This document shows positions 30,373 to 39,000 of a stretch of DNA of 64,000 nucleotides, in pieces; the stretch's first letter is position 1, and the number at the start of each line of letters is the position of its first letter. The DNA lies in the NCBI GenBank assembly GCA_963843755.1, contig CAWJLS010000001.1, forward strand, positions 27,749-91,748, in the 5' to 3' direction. The position numbers were made by a program, and so were the translations under genes. The notes under the pieces are model-generated. The model searched no databases. It saw only the letters and a program-made list of their open reading frames with translations, and was not told where the DNA came from. The DNA is from an uncultured Acidobacteriota bacterium (GTDB lineage Bacteria > Acidobacteriota > Thermoanaerobaculia > Multivoradales > DATKCC01).

Positions 30373-31257
30373 GTGACGACCCACGACACGGCGGAGACGC
30401 GGGCACGGCTGGTGCTGATCACCGGGCTCTCGGGCTCGGGCAAGAGCTCGGTGGCCAAGTGCTTCGAGGATCTGGGCTACCACACGGTCGACAACCTGCC
30501 GCTGCCCCTGCTGCGGGACTTCCTCGCCCGCCCCCTCGACCTGGTCGAGGGCAACGACCGCATCGCCGTGGTCACCGACATCCGGGCGCCCCGGTTCGCC
30601 GAGGAGTTCCCGCGGATGGTGCGCGACGTCGATTCCGACCAGGTGGAGCCGGTGCTGCTCTTCCTGGAAGCATCGGACGAGGCGCTGGTCCGCCGCTTCT
30701 CCGAGACCCGCCGCCCCCATCCGCTGGCCGGCGACCGGCCGGTGACCGAGGGCATCCGGCGCGAGCGGCGCCTGCTCGCCGACGTCCGCGGCAGCGCCGA
30801 TATGGTGCTCGACACGAGCGAGTGGACCATCCACGAGATCCGCTCGCAGATCTTCCGGGAGTTCGCCGAGCACCCGGAAGGGCCGGCGATGGTCGTCACC
30901 CTGATGAGCTTCGGCTTCAAGCACGGCGTCCCCCACGGCACCGACCTGCTGTTCGACGTCCGCTTCCTGCCCAACCCCCATTTCGTCCCGGGGCTGCGCG
31001 AGCAGACCGGCCTGGACGCGCCGGTCCGCGAGTTCCTGGAGGGGCAGGAAGAGTACGGCGAGCTGGTGCGCCGTCTGGCGGACCTGCTGGGCTACCTGCT
31101 GCCCCGCTTTCGCCGTGAGCACCGGGCCTATCTCACGGTCGCCGTCGGCTGCACCGGCGGCCGTCACCGCTCGGTGGCGGTGGCCGAAGCCCTGCGCGAG
31201 CACATCGCCGGCGACGGCTGGGCGGTGCGGGTGATCCATCGCGACGTCGAAGAGTAG
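30373..31257 (+). CDS. rapZ: RNase adapter RapZ / P-loop NTPase
   Basis: TGLSGSGKS, VDNLP, RRFSETRRPHPL, SFGFKHG, DVRFLPNP, GCTGGRHRSV; GTG 30373. Confidence 0.95.
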   Translation: MTTHDTAETRARLVLITGLSGSGKSSVAKCFEDLGYHTVDNLPLPLLRDFLARPLDLVEGNDRIAVVTDIRAPRFAEEFPRMVRDVDSDQVEPVLLFLEASDEALVRRFSETRRPHPLAGDRPVTEGIRRERRLLADVRGSADMVLDTSEWTIHEIRSQIFREFAEHPEGPAMVVTLMSFGFKHGVPHGTDLLFDVRFLPNPHFVPGLREQTGLDAPVREFLEGQEEYGELVRRLADLLGYLLPRFRREHRAYLTVAVGCTGGRHRSVAVAEALREHIAGDGWAVRVIHRDVEE

Positions 31258-31475
31258 GGGAGCGTCTGGCGGCGCGGGTACCGCGTCGGCCTGCCACGTG
31301 GAAGGTTTCCGGCACCGCAGCGGTTTGCTCTCATGAGGACTGTCGTGGGTCTGGTACTCTTTCAGCTCAGCCATCACCGAAGATCGACCATTTCGATCCG
31401 GCGAGCTGCGTAGCGAGGCACCGCCGACCCGCGACCTGATCGAGTACCTGGAAACGTTCGGACGGACAGATCCGC

Positions 31476-31979
31476 ATGATCGGAACTCTCATCCTGAGCC
31501 ACGGCCGGCTCGCCGATGAGCTGCTCACCGCCGGGACCACCATCGCCGGCGGTCTCCCGGGATTCGAAGCGGTCTCGCTCGACTGGAGTGAGAGCTTTGA
31601 GCACGCTCAGGCGAAGGTCCACGCCGCCATCGACCGGTTGGATACGGGCGACGGCGTCCTGATCCTCACCGACATGTTCGGCGGCACGCCGTGCAACATC
31701 GCCTTGACCTTCTTGCAACCCGGCAGGGTGGAGATCGTCACCGGGGTCAACCTGCCGATGGTCGTTCGCCTGGGCTGCCTCGGGTTGCGGGAGAAGCCGC
31801 TCACCGAGGCCGCGCACTGGTTGCGGGACAAGACGCGGAGCAGCGTCTGCGTGGCCAGCGACGTCCAGTCGGGCAAGCTCGCCGCCTGCTGCGGCGACCT
31901 CGCGGAGACCGAGACGAGCCCGAAGGTCACGGCGGCGCTGCCGCAGGCCGTCGGCGTCGGTAGCGAGGGCGGCGGGTGA
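31476..31979 (+). CDS. Stand-alone PTS EIIA, mannose/fructose family
   Basis: LSHG, GVLILTDMFGGTPCN, TGVNLPM motifs. Confidence 0.9.
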   Translation: MIGTLILSHGRLADELLTAGTTIAGGLPGFEAVSLDWSESFEHAQAKVHAAIDRLDTGDGVLILTDMFGGTPCNIALTFLQPGRVEIVTGVNLPMVVRLGCLGLREKPLTEAAHWLRDKTRSSVCVASDVQSGKLAACCGDLAETETSPKVTAALPQAVGVGSEGGG

Positions 31980-32245
31980 TCGAGCGGGACGTCGAGATCG
32001 TCAACCGCCTCGGTCTCCACGCCCGCGCCGCCGCCAAGCTGGTCCACCTGGCGGGACGTTTCCAGAGCGACGTCTCTCTGGTCCTGGACGGTGAAGTGGT
32101 GGATGCCAAGAGCATCCTCGGGATCCTGCTCCTCGCCGCCGGGCAGGGGACGCGGCTGAGCGTCCGCTGCGCCGGCGAGGACGAAGGGGAGGCGACCGAA
32201 GCGATCACCACGATCTTCGCCGACGGCTTCGGCGAGGAGAGCTGA
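31976..32245 (+). CDS. ptsH: Phosphocarrier protein HPr
   Basis: GLHARAAAKLV (His15) and DAKSILG (Ser46). Confidence 0.95.
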   Translation: MIERDVEIVNRLGLHARAAAKLVHLAGRFQSDVSLVLDGEVVDAKSILGILLLAAGQGTRLSVRCAGEDEGEATEAITTIFADGFGEES

Positions 32246-32279
32246 CCGGCCACCGACGGACGGCCGCACCGAGGGCGCA

Positions 32280-34076
32280 TTGACCGTAGAGAGGATCGAC
32301 GAGACCATGGCCGAACGGGCCGAGATGCAGACCCTCCGGGGACTGGGCGTTTCGGGCGGAATCGCCATCGGCCGCGCCGTGGTCATCGAGACCCGGGTCA
32401 TGGACGTCATCCGCCTGCCGCTCCCGGAGCCGGAGGTGGAGGACGAGGTGGCGCGCTTCCTGAGCGCGGTCGAGCAGTCCCGGGTCGAAGTTTCGCGGAC
32501 CCGGGAGCGCGCGTCCGAGGATCTCGGCGAGCACCTCGGGGCGATCTTCGATGCCCACCTGCTGGTGCTCTGCGACACTGGATTCCTCGATCGGGTCGCC
32601 GAACGCATCCGCGACGAGCGGGTCAACGCCGAATGGGCGGTCTACCGCGCCTCGGAGGAGTACGCGGAGCGGTTCGCGGCGCTCGAGAACGAGTACTTCC
32701 GTGAGCGCCAGGCCGACCTCGAGGACGTGGTCCACCACCTGCTCCGCCGCCTCAAGGGGATCTCGCACCACGAGCTCTCGGACGTCCACGGGCCGGTGGT
32801 GATCGTCGCCGACGACCTGACGCCGTCCGAGGCCGTCCGCCTGGGCCGCGAGCGGGCCGTCGGCTTCGCCCTCGAAGGGGGCGGCAAGACCTCCCACACC
32901 ACGATCATCGCCCGCTCACTCAAGCTGCCGGCGGTTGCCGGCCTGGGCACGATCACCGACCTGGTCACCGACGAAGACCCGGTGATCATCGACGGGGAGC
33001 AGGGGCTCGTCATCCTTCACCCCACCCCGGAGGTGCTCGAGATGTACCAGGAACGGATCCGGCTCATCGAGGACCGCGAGGTCTCCTTTTTCGAGACCCG
33101 CGAGCTCCCCTCCCGGACCCGTGACGGCGTCGACATCCAGCTCATGGCCAACATCGACCTGGTGGAAGAGCTGGACGACGTGCTGTGCTTCGGTGCCCGG
33201 GGCATCGGCCTCTACCGGAGCGAGTTCCTCTACATCGAGAAGTCGCCCGACCTGCCGACCGAGGACGATCACGTCGCCCTCTACCGGACCCTGGTCGAGA
33301 CCGCCGCGCCCCACCCGGTGATCATCCGTACCTACGACCTGGGCGGCCGCAAGCTCGCCGCCGAGCTGCTGGAGATGCACGAGGACAACCCGGTCCTCGG
33401 CCTCCGCGGCATCCGCCTGACCCTGGCGAAACGGGGCATCTTCCGCACCCAGGTGCGCGCCCTCTACCGCGCCGCCGTCCACGGCGACCTGCGCGTGATG
33501 CTGCCGATGATCTCCGAGGTCGGCGAGGTCCGCGCCTACCGCGCCTTCGCCGAGGAGGTGATGGAGGAGCTCGCCGCCGAGGGGAAGGAGTTCCGGAGCG
33601 ACGTCCCGCTCGGGGTGATGATCGAGGTGCCGTCGGCGGCGATGACCGCCGACATCCTGGCCGAGGAAGCGGACTTCTTCTCGATCGGGACCAACGACCT
33701 GATCCAGTACGCGGTCGCGGTCGATCGCAACAACGAGAACGTGGCGGACCTCTACCAGCCGGTTCACCCGGCGATCCTGCGCCTGCTCCGGTTCGTGGTC
33801 GAGAGCGCAAACGCGGCGGGAATCGAGCTCGGTCTGTGCGGCGAGATGGCGTCCGACGTGCGCTACGCCCCGCTGCTCCTCGGGCTCGGGCTCCGGCGCC
33901 TGTCGGTCACCCCCCGGGCGGTGCCGACCCTCAAGACACGTCTCGGCCAGCTCTCCTTGCGCGACCTCGAAGCCCTGGCCGACCGGAGCCTCGGGCTCCG
34001 GACGAGCTGCGAGGTCGAGGAGCATCTCGCCACGACCCTCGAGACCCTGCTCACGCCACCGTCCTCCGGGAGGTGA
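32280..34076 (+). CDS. ptsI: PEP-protein phosphotransferase (PTS enzyme I)
   Basis: TSHTTII phospho-His, GIGLYRSEF, NPVLGLRGIR, GVMIEVP, SIGTNDLIQY, CGEMA; start may be ATG 32307. Confidence 0.96.
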   Translation: MTVERIDETMAERAEMQTLRGLGVSGGIAIGRAVVIETRVMDVIRLPLPEPEVEDEVARFLSAVEQSRVEVSRTRERASEDLGEHLGAIFDAHLLVLCDTGFLDRVAERIRDERVNAEWAVYRASEEYAERFAALENEYFRERQADLEDVVHHLLRRLKGISHHELSDVHGPVVIVADDLTPSEAVRLGRERAVGFALEGGGKTSHTTIIARSLKLPAVAGLGTITDLVTDEDPVIIDGEQGLVILHPTPEVLEMYQERIRLIEDREVSFFETRELPSRTRDGVDIQLMANIDLVEELDDVLCFGARGIGLYRSEFLYIEKSPDLPTEDDHVALYRTLVETAAPHPVIIRTYDLGGRKLAAELLEMHEDNPVLGLRGIRLTLAKRGIFRTQVRALYRAAVHGDLRVMLPMISEVGEVRAYRAFAEEVMEELAAEGKEFRSDVPLGVMIEVPSAAMTADILAEEADFFSIGTNDLIQYAVAVDRNNENVADLYQPVHPAILRLLRFVVESANAAGIELGLCGEMASDVRYAPLLLGLGLRRLSVTPRAVPTLKTRLGQLSLRDLEALADRSLGLRTSCEVEEHLATTLETLLTPPSSGR

Positions 34077-34079
34077 ACC

Positions 34080-35222
34080 GTGGTCCGTCGATGCCGTGAG
34101 ACCCGAGTCCACCCGGCTCCCATCGCCGATCCGGCCGGGAGCCGGAACCGTCTCACCCCCCATGGGCTGACCGGACTGGTCGGGCTCGTCGGGCTGGGCG
34201 CGCTCTTCAGCCTGTCCGGCTGTTCGGCGACGCCGCCTCCGACGACCGCGGCCCAGACATCCCTGGCGGCCCCTTCGCCGCCGCTCGCGTCGGCCTCGCC
34301 CGACGGCGCGACGGAGCCGGCCGCGCCCGACGCCTCGGGCGACCCGTCCGACACCGATCTCGCGCCGTCGTCCCCGGCCGCGCCCCCTGCCACCCAGACG
34401 AGTGAAGCGGCCCCGACGGGCCCATCGGCCGGCGCCCGCACCCGGGACCAGGGCGGCGACCAGGCCGAGAACCAGGCCGAGGACGAGCCCGGCAGCCAGT
34501 CCTCGCACGTCATCGTGATCGACCCGGGAACCCGGGGCGGCCAGACGAGCCTCTGGCAGGCGGCCGTGGCCGAGCGCAAGCGCCGGGCGACGGCGAAGAA
34601 GGCGGTCGCGTCCGTCACCAACGAGAACCTTCACGAGTACCAGGACGCGGAGCTCACCTTCGCCCAACCGAAGGCCGGCAAGGAGGCCGCCCAAGGCGCC
34701 GGCCAAGGAGCCGCCGACGCGGGCGGGAGCGGCAAGGACCAGAGCGCACAGGGCGACCGGAGCGAAGCGAGCTCGGCTCCCCACGACGAGCAGTACTGGC
34801 GCCATCGGGTCCTCGACCTGCGGAGCCGGATGCGGGACGCCGCCGACACGATCGACGACCTCCAGGAGCGGGTCTCGACCCTCCGGCGCCGGTTCTACGC
34901 CGAGGACGACCCGTACGTCCGCGACGGCCAGATCAAGCCGTCGTGGGACCGGGCCCTCGACCGGCTCTCCCGGGAGCGAGACACCGTCCAGCGCCTGCGC
35001 ACCGAGCTCGCCAGCACCCTCGAAGAGGGACGGCAGGAAGGCGCCCTGCCCGGCTGGCTTCGCGAAGGCATCGACCTCGAGCCCACCTTCGACGACGACG
35101 CCGACCCCGGCGTCCGGCGCGACGGCGATCTCCGGATCTACGAACCGACCGAGCCGGATACCATCGACCCCGAAGACACTCGCAAGGGCGACGAGCCGAG
35201 CTCCCAGGAGCCGCCTCCCTGA
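34080..35222 (+). CDS. Putative lipoprotein, low-complexity N-half and coiled-coil C-half
   Basis: Hydrophobic stretch ending in LSGC lipobox; DEQYWR...GALPGWLR segment; genome-typical codon usage. Confidence 0.6.
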   Translation: MVRRCRETRVHPAPIADPAGSRNRLTPHGLTGLVGLVGLGALFSLSGCSATPPPTTAAQTSLAAPSPPLASASPDGATEPAAPDASGDPSDTDLAPSSPAAPPATQTSEAAPTGPSAGARTRDQGGDQAENQAEDEPGSQSSHVIVIDPGTRGGQTSLWQAAVAERKRRATAKKAVASVTNENLHEYQDAELTFAQPKAGKEAAQGAGQGAADAGGSGKDQSAQGDRSEASSAPHDEQYWRHRVLDLRSRMRDAADTIDDLQERVSTLRRRFYAEDDPYVRDGQIKPSWDRALDRLSRERDTVQRLRTELASTLEEGRQEGALPGWLREGIDLEPTFDDDADPGVRRDGDLRIYEPTEPDTIDPEDTRKGDEPSSQEPPP

Positions 35223-35283
35223 CGGCCCCGCCCCTGACCCCGCCGACACTCCCGAGACCTCTGACCGCCGGACCCGATCTCCC

Positions 35284-36705
35284 ATGACGCGAACACCACG
35301 CCGCTTCTTCATCGAAACCTGGGGCTGCCAGATGAACGAGCTGGACACCCAGCGCATGGCAGGCCAGCTCATGCAGCAGGGCATGCTCCCGACCCGGGAG
35401 GCGGCCGAGGCCGACCTGGTCCTGCTCAACTCGTGCAGCGTTCGTGAAAATGCGCAGAACAAGGTCTACTCGCGCATCGGGGAGTACCGGGCGTTCAAGA
35501 GCGAGCGGGAGGTGCTGATCGGCCTGTGCGGCTGCGTCGCCCAGCAGGAGGGGGAGGCCGCCCTCGACCGCGCCCCCGAGCTCGACTTCGTCCTCGGCCC
35601 GGCCCGGGTCGGCGAGCTCCGGGACATCGTCGCCCGCCGCCGGGCGGGGGAGCGGGTGGTGGCCACCGGCTTCCCGGAAGAGCGCGCGTTCGATCTCGAC
35701 GCCATCTCCCGCGACGGCGTCTACAAGGGCATGGTGACCTGCATCGAAGGGTGCGACAAGCGGTGCACCTTCTGCATCGTGCCCAGCACCCGCGGCCCCG
35801 AGCGCTGTCGCCCGATGGCCGAGATCCTGCGCGAGGTGCGCCACCTGGTCGACTACGGCTTCCGCGAGATCGAGCTCCTCGGCCAGACGATCAACCACTG
35901 GCGCGAGCCCGACCACCCGGCCGGGCCCTCGTCGAATAGTCCTAACCAACACAAAGGAAAGGACTTCGCCGACCTCCTGGACGCGGTGGCGACGATCCCC
36001 GGCGTCGAGCGGCTGCGCTTCATCACCTCCTACCCGCGGGACTTCACGCCCGCCATGATCGCCGCGTTCGCCCGGCACGAGGCCATCTGCCCCTACCTCC
36101 ACCTGCCGGTCCAGTCCGGCTCCGACCCGGTGCTGCGCCGCATGGGGCGGGGCTACACGGTGGGCTCCTACCTCGCGCTGATCGACCAGATCCGCGAGGC
36201 CCGCCCCGGCGTGGTCTTCTCGACCGACCTGATCGTCGGCTTCCCGGGAGAGACGGAGGAGCAGTTCGAAGAGACGGTGCGGCTGATCGAGCGGGTGCGC
36301 TACGGCTCGGTCTACGCCTTCAAGTACTCACCCCGGCCGGGGACCGCGGCGCCACGGCTCGACGGCACGGTCGACCCGGAGGTGGCCAACCGCCGGCTGA
36401 ACGACCTGTTCGCCGTCCAGGCCGAGATCCAGAGGGAGCTCAACGCGGCGCTGGTGGGGGAGCGGTTCGAGGTCATCGTCACCGGGTGGGGGAAGGAGCC
36501 CGGGTTCCAGACCGGCCGTACCCCGTGCCACCGCATGGTGAACTTCGCCGCCGGCCCCCACCCGACCGCCCTCGGCAGCCTGGTCGAGGTGGAGATCGAC
36601 CGGTCGTATCCTCATAGCCTGATCGGGCATCGAGTGGGCGTGGGGGCGGGGGAGGAGCAGGACGCGGCGACGGAGCGGGGGCCGCGCTTGGCCGTCTTGC
36701 GGTAG
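35284..36705 (+). CDS. miaB: tRNA-2-methylthio-N6-dimethylallyladenosine synthase
   Basis: TWGCQMN, NSCSVR, GCVAQ, radical SAM GCDKRCTFC, HLPVQSGS, YSPRPGT, TRAM domain. Confidence 0.95.
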   Translation: MTRTPRRFFIETWGCQMNELDTQRMAGQLMQQGMLPTREAAEADLVLLNSCSVRENAQNKVYSRIGEYRAFKSEREVLIGLCGCVAQQEGEAALDRAPELDFVLGPARVGELRDIVARRRAGERVVATGFPEERAFDLDAISRDGVYKGMVTCIEGCDKRCTFCIVPSTRGPERCRPMAEILREVRHLVDYGFREIELLGQTINHWREPDHPAGPSSNSPNQHKGKDFADLLDAVATIPGVERLRFITSYPRDFTPAMIAAFARHEAICPYLHLPVQSGSDPVLRRMGRGYTVGSYLALIDQIREARPGVVFSTDLIVGFPGETEEQFEETVRLIERVRYGSVYAFKYSPRPGTAAPRLDGTVDPEVANRRLNDLFAVQAEIQRELNAALVGERFEVIVTGWGKEPGFQTGRTPCHRMVNFAAGPHPTALGSLVEVEIDRSYPHSLIGHRVGVGAGEEQDAATERGPRLAVLR

Positions 36706-36729
36706 GTAGCGCGTGGGAGGGGTTCGCCG

Positions 36730-36893
36730 GAGCGGGTGGCGAGGGGACCGGCTCCGGGACGGCGCGACGAACCGGACGGGTGGGGGATCAACGCGCACCT
36801 CGGCATGGCCCGCGTCGGGGCGGGACGGACCGCTCTGACGCTACCGCGGACGCGGTCCATGACGCCCTCCACCGGTCCCCTCGCCACCCGCTC
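36730..36893. repeat. 164-bp element bounded by perfect 22-bp inverted repeats
   Basis: GAGCGGGTGGCGAGGGGACCGG (36730-36751) and its exact reverse complement (36872-36893). Confidence 0.8.
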
Positions 36894-37132
36894 GGTCCGG
36901 ACCGTCTGCCTCGGTCGGTCGACCTCTCGTCGCATTCGACAAGCCTCCGCCGCATTCGGCGGTGGAAGCCGCGAGCCGTGTCCTGGTGGGGAAGAGAATC
37001 GGGAACAGCGGCTGGACCGGCGACGACAGGCGAACGGTGTGCCCATGGAGCGTCCTCCCGGACGCTCCCGACAAACGCCCCGCGTTTCGACTCTCCCCTC
37101 TCCCCATTGTCGACAGGTCTTTCGCCCTTCGC

Positions 37133-37161
37133 TTGACCTCACCCGACCCCACGATCAGAAT
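37133..37161 (+). promoter_or_regulatory. Sigma70 promoter, likely leaderless transcript
   Basis: TTGACC-N17-CAGAAT-N6-ATG, no Shine-Dalgarno. Confidence 0.65.
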
Positions 37162-37167
37162 ACCCCC

Positions 37168-37668
37168 ATGACCGAAACCTCCGACGCGCTTCGCATGGAG
37201 ATCAAAGGGTTGATGCTCGACCCCGCCTCCAACGTGCCCATCGTCATCCTGCGCGACGAAGAGAGCGACGTCTTCCTCCCGATCTGGATCGGTGTGTTCG
37301 AGGCCAACGCCATCGCCCTGCGCATCGAAGGAGTCGAGCCGCCGCGCCCGATGACCCACGATCTCCTGCTGGCGACGCTCACCCATCTCGGCGCGGCGAT
37401 CGAGCGCATCGTCATCTCCGACCTGCGAGACAGCACCTTCTTCGCCCGCATCCACCTCGACCGCGGCGGGACCAAGATGACCCTCGACTCCCGCCCCAGC
37501 GACGCCATCGCCCTCGCCCTGCGCGCCGACGCCCCCATCTTCGTCCTGCGGGCCGTCCTCGAGAAGGCCCACGCCGTCGACCACTCCCACGAGGCCACCG
37601 AAGAAGAGAAGATCCGCAAGATGCTCGAAGAGCTCGGCCCCGAGGATCTCGGCAAGTACACCATGTAG
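37168..37668 (+). CDS. Bifunctional nuclease family (DUF151) protein
   Basis: LPIWIGVFEANAI, RPMTHDLL, FFARIHL, DSRPSDAIALALR. Confidence 0.92.
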   Translation: MTETSDALRMEIKGLMLDPASNVPIVILRDEESDVFLPIWIGVFEANAIALRIEGVEPPRPMTHDLLLATLTHLGAAIERIVISDLRDSTFFARIHLDRGGTKMTLDSRPSDAIALALRADAPIFVLRAVLEKAHAVDHSHEATEEEKIRKMLEELGPEDLGKYTM

Positions 37669-37672
37669 TCCC

Positions 37673-37717
37673 GGCCAGCGATCCCGCCCCTGTGGGCCCT
37701 CCGCGGGATCGCTGGCC
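37673..37717 (+). terminator. Strong hairpin after the DUF151 gene
   Basis: 15-bp perfect stem GGCCAGCGATCCCGC/GCGGGATCGCTGGCC; no U-tract. Confidence 0.6.
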
Positions 37718-37782
37718 CTGCCCACCCGCCCCCGCCCGTCCCCCAACGACGAAAGCCCTCCGTCCTCGGCCCCCGGAGTGTC

Positions 37783-37804
37783 GGATGTCGGCGCGCCGAC
37801 ATCC
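37783..37804. promoter_or_regulatory. parS-like palindrome copy 1 (22-bp perfect palindrome)
   Basis: GGATGTCGGCGCGCCGACATCC; 16-bp core at 37786-37801. Confidence 0.65.
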
Positions 37805-37863
37805 CGTCGGCGCCGCCGCCGTCCACTCCTCCAAGTCGCGCTGCCGCAAGAGGTTCCACTCGA

Positions 37864-37879
37864 TGTCGGCGCGCCGACA
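37864..37879. promoter_or_regulatory. parS-like palindrome copy 2
   Basis: TGTCGGCGCGCCGACA, perfect. Confidence 0.65.
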
Positions 37880-37995
37880 GACGACCGCGCGCGGCACCGT
37901 CGCGCGCCGGGCCGGTCGCGAGGGGCCCGGTGCACGGGGCCGTCCGGGCGTCCCCCCGCGCGCGAACCGGACCCCAGGCCACCGAGCGTTCGGGC

Positions 37996-38011
37996 GGTCG
38001 GCGCGCCGACA
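37996..38011. promoter_or_regulatory. parS-like palindrome copy 3
   Basis: GGTCGGCGCGCCGACA, 15/16. Confidence 0.6.
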
Positions 38012-38106
38012 GGGCCTCTGCCGCCCACCCGGACCCCGCCGGTCGCCACCCCGTACGCGCCCGTGCGCCGAACGCCTCCGCGGCGCCGCGATCCTGGTCC
38101 CGCGGG

Positions 38107-38135
38107 TTGACCTCGTCCGAGCCATTCTGTACATT
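38107..38135 (+). promoter_or_regulatory. Sigma70 promoter for parAB
   Basis: TTGACC-N17-TACATT, 11 nt before ATG, no Shine-Dalgarno. Confidence 0.7.
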
Positions 38136-38146
38136 CCCGCCGACCT

Positions 38147-38905
38147 ATGATCATCGCGATCACCAATCAGAAGGGCGGCGTCGGCAAGACCACGACCGCC
38201 ATCAACCTCTCCGCAGCGCTCGCCAACAAGGGGCTCAAGACTCTCCTGGTCGACCTCGATCCTCAGGCGAACAGCTCGATGTCCTTCATGGACGTCCACG
38301 ACCTGGGCCAGTCGATCTACGAGGCGCTCACCGAGCCCGAGATCACCGTCGAATCCATCACGCGGCCGGTCGAGCAGATTCCCCATCTCGACCTGGCGCC
38401 CGCGGCGATCTCTCTCGCCAAGATCGAGTCGAAGCTCCTGGGCGAGCTCGACAGTCACTTCCGGCTCAAGGACGAGCTCGCGTCGGTGCGGGACGTCTAC
38501 GACAACATCATCATCGACACGCCCCCGACGCTCGGCATCATCACGGTCAACGCCCTGGTGGCCGCGACCCACGTGCTGGTGCCGATCCAGTCGAGCTACT
38601 TCGCCCTGGAAGGGACCGACGACCTGCTGGAGACGATCGACAAGATCAAGCAGCGGGCCAACCCGGAGCTGCAGCTCCTGGGCGCGCTGATCACGCTCTA
38701 CGACAAGCGGACCCTGCTGTCGCGCGACATCCAGGACCAGATCAGCGGCGTGTTCGGCGACAAGGTGTTCAAGACGCTGATCACCAAGAGCGTCCGCCTC
38801 GAGGAGAGTCCGGCGTACCACGAGTCGATCTTCAGCTTCGCGCCCAACTCGAGCGGAGCCGCCGAGTACTACCAGTTGTCGGAAGAGGTTCTGAGCCGGG
38901 TCTGA
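38147..38905 (+). CDS. parA: ParA/Soj-family ATPase
   Basis: Deviant Walker A NQKGGVGKTT, LVDLDPQAN, IIDTPP, VLVPIQSSYFALEG; no N-terminal HTH. Confidence 0.95.
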   Translation: MIIAITNQKGGVGKTTTAINLSAALANKGLKTLLVDLDPQANSSMSFMDVHDLGQSIYEALTEPEITVESITRPVEQIPHLDLAPAAISLAKIESKLLGELDSHFRLKDELASVRDVYDNIIIDTPPTLGIITVNALVAATHVLVPIQSSYFALEGTDDLLETIDKIKQRANPELQLLGALITLYDKRTLLSRDIQDQISGVFGDKVFKTLITKSVRLEESPAYHESIFSFAPNSSGAAEYYQLSEEVLSRV

Positions 38906-39000
38906 GACCCGAACGCCGGACCGGGGCGGGCCGCGCGCCGGGCCCGAGCGGAGACCGGGCGCGGTCGCAGCCGAGACGGACGACGAGAGGAGACGCGGGG

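Noticed and set aside
31352-31366. Sigma54 promoter TGGTACT-CTTT-CAGC before EIIA-Man
   Set aside because: Spacing is right but the -12 box is poor (CAGC versus TTGC); could equally be a sigma70 -10 (TACTCT)
36736-37167. ORF-track N-terminal extensions (DUF151, parB 37930, lptFG 40710, hemE 56099, priA 17462, dppD 7223)
   Set aside because: The extensions are Arg/Pro/Gly-rich non-homologous sequence that overlaps promoters or other genes; downstream starts fit the family N-termini
37783-38011. Palindrome array as CRISPR
   Set aside because: Repeats are 16 bp with irregular spacing (78 and 132 bp), and there are no cas genes
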